30,793 nt of DNA from NCBI GenBank assembly GCA_046483085.1, contig JAWODX010000614.1, positions 1-30,793 of the forward strand. The letters run 5' to 3'. The translations under genes were made by a program, and so were the position numbers. Numbering within the stretch: the first letter of the stretch is position 1; each line of letters opens with the position of its first letter. This document shows, in pieces, positions 16,879 to 25,336 of this stretch. A model generated the notes under the pieces. It had not been told where the DNA came from. It made no database searches and saw nothing but the letters and a program-made list of their open reading frames with translations. The stretch comes from Planctomycetota bacterium. Lineage in GTDB: Bacteria > Planctomycetota > PUPC01.

Positions 16879-18627
16879 ATGACCATCACGACGACAGAGA
16901 CAGAGGTCCCCCTGCAGGGCTTTGTCGGGGAGGTGCTGGAGCGGCTCGGCGACGCCGTGGTCGAGGTCGAGACCTGTGACGAGCGGCGGGGGTTCGCCCG
17001 GATCGACCCGGCGCGGACCGCCGAGGTCGCCGAGACGATGCTCGCGATGGAGGGCGCCCGGCTGGCCACGGCCAGCGGCGTCGACGTGCGCGACGGGATC
17101 GACGTGCTCTACCACTGGGCGTTCGAGCCGCAGGGCGTCGTGGTCACCCTCAAGGTGCTCGCCGAGCGGCCGGACCTGGAGGTCGAATCGGCCGCCAACG
17201 CCGTCCCGGCCGCTAACTGGATCGAGCGCGAGATGCACGACCTGCTCGGCGCGAACTTCCGGAACCATCCCGACATGCGGCGGCTCATCCTCGACGACTC
17301 GTGGCCGGAGGGGGTGTACCCGCTGCGGAAGGACTTCGACCAGGTGGCCGACCGGCCGCCGCTCCCGCCCCGGCAGACGGAGCCCGACGCGGACCCGCCG
17401 CTCCCCCGCGACCCCGGCCCCGGCGTCAAGGGGCAGGTCAAGCACCGCGACCTGAAGGTCGTCAACATCGGCCCCTTCCACCCGCTCCAGGAAGAGGCCG
17501 AGTTCTTCCAGCTCTACGTGGACGGCGAGACGGTGGTCGACGTCGACATGCGGACCAGCTACAACCACCGCGGGATCGAGAAGATCGACGAGTCGAAGAC
17601 GTTCGACCAGGTCCCGTTCGTCGTCGAGCGGGTCTGCGGCATCTGTTCGGCCAGCCATCCGCTGGCCTACGTCCAGGCGGTCGAGGAGATCGCCGAGGTC
17701 GACGTGCCCGAGCGGGCGCTCTACCTGCGGACCATCGTGAACGAGCTGGAGCGGCTCCACTCGCACATGCTGTGGGTCGGCCTGGCCGGCCACTTCCTCG
17801 GGTACAACACCGTGTTCATGTGGGCGTGGAAGTACCGCGAGCCGGTGATGGACATCCTGGAGATCGCGACCGGCAGCCGGGTCAACTACGCCAACTGCAA
17901 GGTGGGCGGCGTCCGGCGCGACATCACCGACGAACAGCTCCGCCAGATCGACCAGGTCTGCACCGAACTCGTCGAGCCGCTCGAGATGCTGACCCACGCG
18001 GTGCTCGACGACCCGGTGCTCCACGCGCGCCTGAAAGGCGTGGGGATTCTCAGCCCGCAGGCCGCGAAGGAGTTCGGCGCGCTCGGGCCGACGGCCCGCG
18101 GCAGCGGCGTGCCCATCGACGTGCGCCGCGACGACCCGTACGCCGCGTACGACCGCGTCGACTGGGACGTCTGTACCCAGCCGAAGGGGGACGTGTTCGG
18201 CAAGGCGGTCGTCCGCCTGCTCGAATGCCTGGAGGCGGTGAAGATCATCAAGCAGTGCGTGCAGGACCTGCCCGGCGGCGAGATCGACGCGAAGGTCGAG
18301 GCCATCCCGCCCGGCGAGGGCGTGGGGCACGTCGAGGCGCCGCGCGGCGAGACCTTCCACTACGTGCGCAGCGACGGCTCGAACCGCCCGGTCCGCCACA
18401 AGGTCCGGGCGCCCAGCTTCAACAACGTCCCCACGTTCAAGGCCTCGTGCATTGGGCAGCGGATCCCCGACGTGGCCATCACCCTGGCGAGCATCGACCC
18501 GTGCTACTCGTGCACGGAGCGGATGTGCGCCGCGGTGGACGCCGACACGGGGGTCCGGCTGTACACGTTCCAGGACCTGGTTCGCCTGTCGCAGCAGAAG
18601 ACAAGAGAGCTGCGCGAGAAAGGGTAG
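16879..18627 (+). CDS. Group 4 [NiFe]-hydrogenase large subunit fused to a NuoC/MbhK-like domain (HycE-type architecture)
   Basis: NuoC part 'NWIEREMHDLLG...HPDMRRLIL...YPLRKDF'; 'NHRGIEK'; L1 'ERVCGICSASH' (17626-17658); 'VEAPRGETFHY'; L2 'DPCYSCTER' (18496-18522); 34-aa C-terminal extension. Confidence 0.95.
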   Translation: MTITTTETEVPLQGFVGEVLERLGDAVVEVETCDERRGFARIDPARTAEVAETMLAMEGARLATASGVDVRDGIDVLYHWAFEPQGVVVTLKVLAERPDLEVESAANAVPAANWIEREMHDLLGANFRNHPDMRRLILDDSWPEGVYPLRKDFDQVADRPPLPPRQTEPDADPPLPRDPGPGVKGQVKHRDLKVVNIGPFHPLQEEAEFFQLYVDGETVVDVDMRTSYNHRGIEKIDESKTFDQVPFVVERVCGICSASHPLAYVQAVEEIAEVDVPERALYLRTIVNELERLHSHMLWVGLAGHFLGYNTVFMWAWKYREPVMDILEIATGSRVNYANCKVGGVRRDITDEQLRQIDQVCTELVEPLEMLTHAVLDDPVLHARLKGVGILSPQAAKEFGALGPTARGSGVPIDVRRDDPYAAYDRVDWDVCTQPKGDVFGKAVVRLLECLEAVKIIKQCVQDLPGGEIDAKVEAIPPGEGVGHVEAPRGETFHYVRSDGSNRPVRHKVRAPSFNNVPTFKASCIGQRIPDVAITLASIDPCYSCTERMCAAVDADTGVRLYTFQDLVRLSQQKTRELREKG

Positions 18628-18634
18628 AGGTGGT

Positions 18635-20569
18635 ATGAACGGGATCGTCGAGGTGGTCACCCATCCGCTGGTCTGGCCGATCGCGGCGGCCGCGCTGGCC
18701 GGGCTGCTGGCGACCGTCCTCTCCCGGTGGTCGGCCTTCGTCTGCAAGGTCCTGGCCCTCGCGGCCAGCATCTGCGTGCTGGTGGGCGGGATCACGCTGG
18801 CGGGAGCCGGGGCACTCTCCGAGCGCTGGGTCTGGGTGGAGGGCCTGGCCGAGAACGTCTCGCTCGTCGCCCATCTGGCCGTCTCGCCGCTGGGGCTGCT
18901 GGTGATGATCGCGTCGGGCGGGTTCGGGCTCCTGATCACGCTGTACAGTTTCCGGGACATGGCGGGGGCCGATTTCGAGGGCCGGTTCTACGCGTACCTG
19001 ACGTGGACGCTGGCGGGCGCGTGCGTGGTCGCCCTGGCGGGCAACCTGCTCGTCCTGCTCGTCGGCTGGGAAGTGGTCACCCTCATGCTCTTCCTGATGG
19101 TCAACCAGGGCCGGGAGGGCGCCGAGGCGGGGGCGATGAAGGCGTACGGCGTGCTCGGCTTCGCCGACGCCTGCCTGCTGCTCGCGGTGGCGCTCCTGGT
19201 CTCGCTGAAGGGGGGCACGGCGAACCTCGTCCTGCGGTCCGAGCCGATGACCGTCTCGGCGATGGGGGCGACCGGGTACGTGATCTACGCGCTCCTGCTC
19301 GTCGCCGCGCTGGCCAAGGCGGGCGCCGTTCCGCTCCACACGTGGATCCCGGACATCGCCGAGAAGGCGCCGACGCCGGTGATGGCGCTCGTGCCGGCGG
19401 CCCTCGACAAGCTGCTGGGCATCTACCTGCTGGCGCTCGTCGTGCTGCGGATGTTCCGGCCGGACTGGACGATGCAGGTGGTGCTGATGGCGATCGGGGC
19501 GGTGACGATCCTCAGCGCCGTGCTGATGGCGATGATCCAGCACAACCTCAAGCGGCTGCTCTCGTTTCACGCGGTCAGCCAGGTCGGGTACATGGTGTTG
19601 GGGATCGGGACCGGGACGGCCGTGGGCGCCGTCGGCGGCCTGTTCCACATGCTCAACCACGCGATCTACAAGAGCAACCTGTTCCTGATGGGCGGGACGG
19701 TCGGCGACGCGGCGGGCAGCGACGAGATCGAGGAGATGGGCGGCCTGGCCCGGGCCCTGCCCGTCACGTTCGTGTGCGGTGCGATCAGCGCGGCGGCGAT
19801 CTCCGGCGTGCCGCCGCTGAACGGCTTCGCCAGCAAGTGGCTGGTCTACCAGGGTGCGCTGAAGGTCTCGGAGCAGCACGCGTCGCTCGCTCTGGCCGTG
19901 CTCGTGGTGGCGGTGTTCGGCAGCGCGTTGACCCTGGCGAGTTTCGTGAAGGTGATCTACTCGGCGTTCCTTTCCCCGCCGCCGCGCGAGAAGGAGCCGA
20001 TGCTGAAGACTGTTCGGGAGAGTGTGTGGCGGGCCGGACCGATGGTGGTGCTGGCCGCAGCCTGCGTGGTGTTCGGGCTGCGGCCGGGCCTCGTCACGAA
20101 CCGGATCCTCCCGTCGGCTGTCCCGGCCGCGACGGCGGCCATCTCGACGACGGAAGGGGCGCTGCGGACCGGCGACGTGGGCTACTGGAGCCCGACGCAG
20201 GCGACGGGCCTGATCCTGCTCGGGCTGGCGCTCGGCCTGCTCCTGCTCGGCCTGGTCAGCATGGGCAAGCGGGTGCGGGTGGTCCGGCCGTTCCTCGCCG
20301 GCGAGGTGCCCGCGCCCGACGACGACCGGTTCCGGTTCCCCGGCACCGGGTTCTATCTGACCGTTGCCCGGCTGCCGATCCTCGGGCCCTGGCTCGCCCA
20401 GGCCGAGGGCGGCGCCGTCGACCTGTACCACTGGTCGGGGCGGCACGGCAACACGTTCGTCCAGTTCCTCCGCCGACTTCACACCGGCCTCGTCAGCTTG
20501 TACGTCGCCTGGTGCCTGACGGGCCTGACCGTGATCCTGATTTATCTGCTGATGACCGCGAGGGGATGA
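18635..20569 (+). CDS. Antiporter-like membrane subunit (HyfB/NuoL/MrpA-type)
   Basis: 'LLVGWEVVT', 'KAGAVPLHTWIP', 'LKRLLSFHAVSQVGY', 'HMLNHAIYKS', 'GVPPLNGFASKW'; ATG 18635 after GAGGTG. Confidence 0.9.
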   Translation: MNGIVEVVTHPLVWPIAAAALAGLLATVLSRWSAFVCKVLALAASICVLVGGITLAGAGALSERWVWVEGLAENVSLVAHLAVSPLGLLVMIASGGFGLLITLYSFRDMAGADFEGRFYAYLTWTLAGACVVALAGNLLVLLVGWEVVTLMLFLMVNQGREGAEAGAMKAYGVLGFADACLLLAVALLVSLKGGTANLVLRSEPMTVSAMGATGYVIYALLLVAALAKAGAVPLHTWIPDIAEKAPTPVMALVPAALDKLLGIYLLALVVLRMFRPDWTMQVVLMAIGAVTILSAVLMAMIQHNLKRLLSFHAVSQVGYMVLGIGTGTAVGAVGGLFHMLNHAIYKSNLFLMGGTVGDAAGSDEIEEMGGLARALPVTFVCGAISAAAISGVPPLNGFASKWLVYQGALKVSEQHASLALAVLVVAVFGSALTLASFVKVIYSAFLSPPPREKEPMLKTVRESVWRAGPMVVLAAACVVFGLRPGLVTNRILPSAVPAATAAISTTEGALRTGDVGYWSPTQATGLILLGLALGLLLLGLVSMGKRVRVVRPFLAGEVPAPDDDRFRFPGTGFYLTVARLPILGPWLAQAEGGAVDLYHWSGRHGNTFVQFLRRLHTGLVSLYVAWCLTGLTVILIYLLMTARG

Positions 20570-20573
20570 TCCC

Positions 20574-21182
20574 ATGGGGATTGAGTGGCTGATTGTGGCG
20601 CTGATCGCGTTCATGCTCATGGCGGGCCTGATCGCCGTGGAGACACGCGACCTGCTCAGCTCGGTGATCGCCGTGGGCGCCGCCGGCTTCGCGCTCAGCA
20701 TCATCGACCTGCTGGTCGGGGCGCCCGACCTCGCGATCACCCAGGTCGTGGTCGAGGTCATCGCCCTGGTCCTGCTCATCCGCATGGTGGTGACGCGCGA
20801 GGACACGTCGTCGATCCGTTCGCGCGACGTACTCCGCACCGGGGCCATGCTCCTGGCCGCGGGGCTGATCCTCGTCGGCGCATACTTCGCCGTCCGGCCG
20901 GGCGACGAGGGCACGTTGCCGCCGTTCGGCGACCCGGTCCTGGCTCGGGATGCCGTGCGCGGGGACGACCAGGGCGTGAGCGAGGGATACCTGAGAAAGA
21001 CGGAGGAGCAGACGGGGGCGGCGAACGCGGTGACCGCGGTGCTGCTCGACTACCGGGCCTACGACACGCTGGGCGAGGCGACGGTGATCTTCGTCTCGAT
21101 CCTCGGTGTGTACGCCGTGCTCCGCCGGGTGGGCCGCAAGCGCGGTGAGGCGGGCGAAGAGAGCTGCGAGGGAGAGGCATGA
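20574..21182 (+). CDS. DUF4040 plus MnhB-N fusion (MbhD+MbhE-like; corresponds to the MrpA C-terminal part)
   Basis: 'GAPDLAITQVVVE' and 'NAVTAVLLDYRAYDTLGEATVIF'. Confidence 0.88.
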   Translation: MGIEWLIVALIAFMLMAGLIAVETRDLLSSVIAVGAAGFALSIIDLLVGAPDLAITQVVVEVIALVLLIRMVVTREDTSSIRSRDVLRTGAMLLAAGLILVGAYFAVRPGDEGTLPPFGDPVLARDAVRGDDQGVSEGYLRKTEEQTGAANAVTAVLLDYRAYDTLGEATVIFVSILGVYAVLRRVGRKRGEAGEESCEGEA

Positions 21183-21631
21183 TGAGCAGCAAGAGCGGCA
21201 TGACCTTGATCGTGAAGAACACGGCGCGGCTGGTGGCCGGGTTCATTGCCGTGTTCGGGGTGTACCTGGCGGCGACGGGGCACCTGTCGCCCGGCGGCGG
21301 GTTCCCCGGCGGGGTGATCCTGGCGGCGGCGGCCGTGTTGGTCGTGCTGGCATTCGGGAAGGACTTCGCCGGGCGCCTGCTGCGCGAGCCGCAGTGCCAC
21401 GTGTGGGACGCGGCGGGGGCGGGCGCGTTCCTGCTCGTCGCCCTGTGCGGCTATTTCGCCGGTGGGTTCTTCGCCAACTTCCTGCCTGCCGGCCAGGTCC
21501 ACACGCTGCAGTCGGCGGGGAGCATCCCGCTCTCCAACCTGGCGATCCTGGTCAAGGTGGGCGCGGGGCTCGCCGGCGCCTTCCTCGCCTTGTCCGCGTT
21601 TCGACTCGCTCTACCGAAGGGAGACGAGTGA
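21179..21631 (+). CDS. mnhB: Na+/H+ antiporter subunit B (MbhF-like)
   Basis: 'GHLSPGGGFPGGVILA'; ATGA overlap. Confidence 0.88.
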   Translation: MMSSKSGMTLIVKNTARLVAGFIAVFGVYLAATGHLSPGGGFPGGVILAAAAVLVVLAFGKDFAGRLLREPQCHVWDAAGAGAFLLVALCGYFAGGFFANFLPAGQVHTLQSAGSIPLSNLAILVKVGAGLAGAFLALSAFRLALPKGDE

Positions 21632-21632
21632 G

Positions 21633-21989
21633 ATGGGTGTGTCCGTCTACGTGCTGAGCATCGCCGTCCTGCTGGTGGGCATCTACGGCGTGGTGGCGAA
21701 AAAGAACGTGGTCAAGATCATCGTCGGGGTGCTGCTGCTCGACTACGCGGTCAACCTGTTCCTGGTGCTCGTCGGGTATCGGAGCGGCGGCACGGCGCCG
21801 ATCCTGGGCGAGGGCGAGACGGGCGCCGAGTTGGCGGCCCGGGCCGTCGATCCGCTCCCCCAGGCCATGGTTCTGACGAGCATCGTGATCGGGCTGGGCC
21901 TGACGGCCCTCATGGTGGCGATCGCCATCCGCCTGTACGAGAAATACGGGACGTTCGACGCCGATGAGATGCGGAAGCTGAGGGGCTAG
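21633..21989 (+). CDS. mnhC: Na+/H+ antiporter subunit C (MbhG/NuoK-like)
   Basis: 'KNVVKIIVG...AVNLFL', 'DPLPQAMVLTSIVIG'. Confidence 0.9.
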   Translation: MGVSVYVLSIAVLLVGIYGVVAKKNVVKIIVGVLLLDYAVNLFLVLVGYRSGGTAPILGEGETGAELAARAVDPLPQAMVLTSIVIGLGLTALMVAIAIRLYEKYGTFDADEMRKLRG

Positions 21990-21992
21990 ACT

Positions 21993-23495
21993 ATGGAATC
22001 GCTGGTGCCGCTGTTTGTGATCGTGCCCCTGGGCGTGGCGTTCCTCGTGGTCATCCTGGCCCACGTGCGGCCGCTCCGCCGGGTGGTCGGCCCCCTGTCC
22101 TTCGCGGCCATCCTGGCCAACGCGGCGCTCGCGATCTCCGTCCTGGGCGTCGAGATGGCCCCCCTGTACGTGGGCAAATGGAACCCCGATTCGGTGTTGG
22201 GCATCGCCATGGTCTGCGACGGGCTGGCGAAGCTCATGCTGGTGACGATCAACTTCGTGGCCGCGGCGGCGCTGATCTACGCGGGCGCCTACATGCGGCG
22301 GTTCACCAAGGTCTGGCTATTCTACGCCCTGTTCCTGCTGATGACCGGTGCGATGAACGCGGTGGTGCTGGCGGGCGACCTGTTCAACATGTTCGTGTTC
22401 CTGGAGATCGCGGCCATCTCGTCGTACGCCCTGGTCGCGTTCGGCTGCGAGTCGGAAGAGCTGGAGGCGGCGTTCAAGTACCTGATCATGGGGACGGTCG
22501 GCTCGGCCTGCATCCTGCTTGGAATCGCGGTTCTCTATTCGCTGACCGGGCAGTTGAATATGGCGCAGGTCGGCGGGCTCTTGGCGCGGGGCGCGGGCCC
22601 GGCCGCCTTGTTTGCGGCGGCGGCGCTGTTGGCCGGGCTGGCGCTGAAGGCCGCGATGGTCCCCTTCCACGCCTGGCTGCCCGACGCCCATCCCTCCGCG
22701 CCGGCGCCCATCTCGGCGATGCTGTCCGGCGTGTTGATCAAGGCGATCGGCGTATATGCGCTCGCGCGGATCGTGTTCAATGTGCTGGGGCCGACGGCGG
22801 AGTACAGCATGATCCTCGTCGTGCTTGGGGCCGCGTCGATGGTGATCGGCGTCTTCCTGGCGGTCGGCCAGTGGGACCTGAAGCGCCTGCTCGCCTATCA
22901 CAGCATCTCGCAGATGGGCTACGTCGTCCTCGCACTGGGTGTGGCGGCGGGGCTGGTGGCCGAGGGCGGGAGCCGCAGCGTCGCCGCGCTCTGCCTGCTG
23001 GGCGGGCTGTTCCACATGTTCAATCACGCGGCGTTCAAGAGCTTGCTCTTCCTGTCGTCCGGGTCCATCGAGCAGCAGACGGGGACGCGGATGCTGAAGC
23101 AGATGGGCGGGCTGAAGACGCGGATGCCGGTCACCAGCTTCTGCTGCCGGATCGGCGCATTGAGCATCGCGGGCGTCCCGCCGCTGAACGGCTTTTTCTC
23201 GAAGCTCATCATCATCGTCGCTCTGGTGCTGGCCGGGCGGCCGCTGCTGGCCGGGCTGGCCGTGCTGGTCGCGCTGATGACGCTCGTCAGCTTCACCAAG
23301 GTGCAGCGGTACGTGCTGGAGGGGACGCCGAAGCCGGCGGCGGCCCTGGCCCGCGAGGCCCCGGTGATGATGTGCGTGGCACTCGTCTTTCTCGCCCTGG
23401 TCTGCATCGGCGGCGGACTCGCCCTGTTCCCGCTCCGCGAGCACCTGTTCGGCCCGGCCGGCGAGGCGCTCCTGCGAGGGATCGGCGGACCGTGA
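21993..23495 (+). CDS. mnhD: Na+/H+ antiporter subunit D (MbhH-like)
   Basis: 'GDLFNMFVFLEI', 'EAAFKYL', 'LKAAMVPFHAWLPDAHPSAPAPISAMLSG', 'DLKRLLAYHSISQMGY', 'GVPPLNGFFSK'. Confidence 0.92.
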   Translation: MESLVPLFVIVPLGVAFLVVILAHVRPLRRVVGPLSFAAILANAALAISVLGVEMAPLYVGKWNPDSVLGIAMVCDGLAKLMLVTINFVAAAALIYAGAYMRRFTKVWLFYALFLLMTGAMNAVVLAGDLFNMFVFLEIAAISSYALVAFGCESEELEAAFKYLIMGTVGSACILLGIAVLYSLTGQLNMAQVGGLLARGAGPAALFAAAALLAGLALKAAMVPFHAWLPDAHPSAPAPISAMLSGVLIKAIGVYALARIVFNVLGPTAEYSMILVVLGAASMVIGVFLAVGQWDLKRLLAYHSISQMGYVVLALGVAAGLVAEGGSRSVAALCLLGGLFHMFNHAAFKSLLFLSSGSIEQQTGTRMLKQMGGLKTRMPVTSFCCRIGALSIAGVPPLNGFFSKLIIIVALVLAGRPLLAGLAVLVALMTLVSFTKVQRYVLEGTPKPAAALAREAPVMMCVALVFLALVCIGGGLALFPLREHLFGPAGEALLRGIGGP

Positions 23496-23508
23496 TCGGA
23501 GTCCTGGT

Positions 23509-23994
23509 ATGAAGTGGCTGATGTGCCTGTTGGCCGTGTTCGCCCTGTGGGTCCTCCTGTTCTGGTCGGTGGACGCGTGGGTGCTGGGCAGCGGCGCCTT
23601 CTTCGCCCTGCTCGTCGCCACCTTCCTCGGCGAGATCTACCCCGACCGCATGGACCGGGTGCTCGACCCCCGGCGCGTCTTCTTCTTCCTCGTCTACCTC
23701 CCCTACTTCTTCTACTGGTGCCTCAAGGCGAACCTCGACGTGGCCCTGCGCGTCATCCACCCCGATGTCCCCATCCGCCCGGGCATCGTCAAGGTCAAGA
23801 CCTCGCTCCGGACCGACATGGCCAAGACGTTCCTCGCCAACAGCATCACTCTCACGCCCGGCACACTCACCGTGGACATCGACGGGGACGACGTGTACGT
23901 GCACTGGATCAACATCGACACCGACGATGTGGAGCAGCGGACGAGCGAGATCTGCGGCCGGTTCGAGCCGCTGCTGCGGAGGATTTTCGAATGA
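23509..23994 (+). CDS. mnhE: Na+/H+ antiporter subunit E (MbhA-like)
   Basis: 'ANLDVALRV..P..PIRPGIV', 'LANSITLTPGTLTVD', 'YVHWI'. Confidence 0.92.
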   Translation: MKWLMCLLAVFALWVLLFWSVDAWVLGSGAFFALLVATFLGEIYPDRMDRVLDPRRVFFFLVYLPYFFYWCLKANLDVALRVIHPDVPIRPGIVKVKTSLRTDMAKTFLANSITLTPGTLTVDIDGDDVYVHWINIDTDDVEQRTSEICGRFEPLLRRIFE

Positions 23995-24257
23995 CCCTGT
24001 TCGTACAGATCGCATTCGCCGTGCTCCTGCTCGGCTCGTTCCTCTGCCTCTACCGCATCGCCCGCGGGCCCACCCCGCCCGACCGGACCGTCGCCATCGA
24101 CATCCTCGGCACCCTCGTCGTCGGCTTCTGTTGCCTCATGGCGCTGGGCACCGACCTCGAATACTACATGAACATCGCCATCGCCTGGGCTCTCATCAGC
24201 TTCACCGGCACGCTCGCTCTGGCCAAGTACCTGGAAGGCAGATCTTACGATGATTGA
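23991..24257 (+). CDS. mnhF: Na+/H+ antiporter subunit F (MbhB-like)
   Basis: 'RIARGPTPPDRTVAID', 'SFTGTLALAKYLE'; ATGA overlap. Confidence 0.9.
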   Translation: MTLFVQIAFAVLLLGSFLCLYRIARGPTPPDRTVAIDILGTLVVGFCCLMALGTDLEYYMNIAIAWALISFTGTLALAKYLEGRSYDD

Positions 24258-24645
24258 GACGATCGCCTGCTGGATTATCGGCGTCGGCCTCGCGTTCGAC
24301 CTGTTCGGCTGCATCGGCCTGGTCCGGCTCCCCGACGTGTACAACCGCGCCCAGGCCGCCACGAAATGCGTCACGCTCGGCACCTGCATGATCCTGGTCG
24401 GCGTGGCCCTCGCCGCCGTCGGGTCGGGCAACTGGCCGATGGCCGTCAAGGCGCTCATCTGCGCCTCGTTCATCCTCCTCACCAGCCCCGTCGGCGCCCA
24501 CGCCATCTGCCGCGGCGCCTATCTCTCCGGCGTCCCCCTGTGGGAGGGGAGCGTCGAGGACGCGTTCGAGCCGAGAGCCCGCACCATCCGAACCGAAGAA
24601 ACCCAGGAAGGACCCGCCCCCGATGCGGAAACCGAAACTGCGTGA
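24250..24645 (+). CDS. mnhG: Na+/H+ antiporter subunit G (MbhC-like)
   Basis: 'GLVRLPDVYNRAQAATKCVTLG', 'TSPVGAHAICRG'. Confidence 0.9.
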   Translation: MIETIACWIIGVGLAFDLFGCIGLVRLPDVYNRAQAATKCVTLGTCMILVGVALAAVGSGNWPMAVKALICASFILLTSPVGAHAICRGAYLSGVPLWEGSVEDAFEPRARTIRTEETQEGPAPDAETETA

Positions 24646-25240
24646 GCTCAAAGAGGCCGTCCGGTCCCTCCTCTCCCCGGCCTACACCACCCGGTTCCCC
24701 GCCGAACCCCACGTCCCGCCCGAGGGCTTCCGCGGCAAACCCGAGTTCCAGGAGGACGACTGCATCGGCTGCGCCGCCTGCGCCGAGCTCTGCCCCTCCG
24801 TTGCCATCAGCTACGTCGACGACGCCGGGGCCGATCCGCCGACCCGCCGGTTCGAGCTCCGGCTCGACAAGTGCATCTTCTGCGGCCAGTGCGAGCTCAA
24901 CTGCACCACCGAAAAGGGCATCAAGCTCACCGGCCAGTACGACATGACCACCCTCGACCGCTCCGAGTGCCGCGAGCGGATCGAACACGAGCTCGTCCTC
25001 TGCGAGGTCTGCGGCGCCATCGTCGGCACGCGCAAACACCTCCAGTGGGTCGCCGAAAAGCTCGGGGCGAAGGCGTACGCCAACCCCACCCTGATCGTCA
25101 CCGCCGACGGGACCATGCAGCTCGCCACGCCCGACGCCGGCCGGCCCGGCGAACCCGCACTCGCACGAAGCGACATGATGCGCGTCATGTGCCCCGCCTG
25201 CCGACGCACCACCATCGTCCGCGAGCTGTGGGGCGAGTAA
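24623..25240 (+). CDS. HycF/NuoI/MbhN-like 2x[4Fe-4S] subunit with an extra Cys-rich C-terminal domain
   Basis: 'YTTRFP', 'FRGKP', 'CIGCAACAELCP', 'CIFCGQCELNC', plus 'CEVCG...CPAC'. Confidence 0.92.
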   Translation: MRKPKLRELKEAVRSLLSPAYTTRFPAEPHVPPEGFRGKPEFQEDDCIGCAACAELCPSVAISYVDDAGADPPTRRFELRLDKCIFCGQCELNCTTEKGIKLTGQYDMTTLDRSECRERIEHELVLCEVCGAIVGTRKHLQWVAEKLGAKAYANPTLIVTADGTMQLATPDAGRPGEPALARSDMMRVMCPACRRTTIVRELWGE

Positions 25241-25257
25241 GGAGCTCGAACAAAACG

Positions 25258-25309
25258 GTGGGGCGGACATTCCTGTCTGCCGCGCAGCAGGCAAGAATGC
25301 CTGCTCCAC
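25258..25309. repeat. REP doublet copy 2 (opposite orientation), inside the operon
   Basis: GTGG-GGCGGACA-TTCC-TGTCTGCC-GCGC-AGCAGGCA-AGAA-TGCCTGCT-CCAC. Confidence 0.85.
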
Positions 25310-25336
25310 CAGAGTTCTGTTAGACGGCCTAAGCCC

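Noticed and set aside
12282-20914. Long minus-strand ORFs (893, 1014 and 811 aa)
   Set aside because: Antisense shadows of operon genes that carry unambiguous motifs on the plus strand.
15452-25240. Calling this respiratory complex I (nuo) or a hydrogenase-less Ehr/Mbx complex
   Set aside because: All four Ni-binding cysteines, the C-terminal extension and HycI are present; NuoA/E/F/J are absent.
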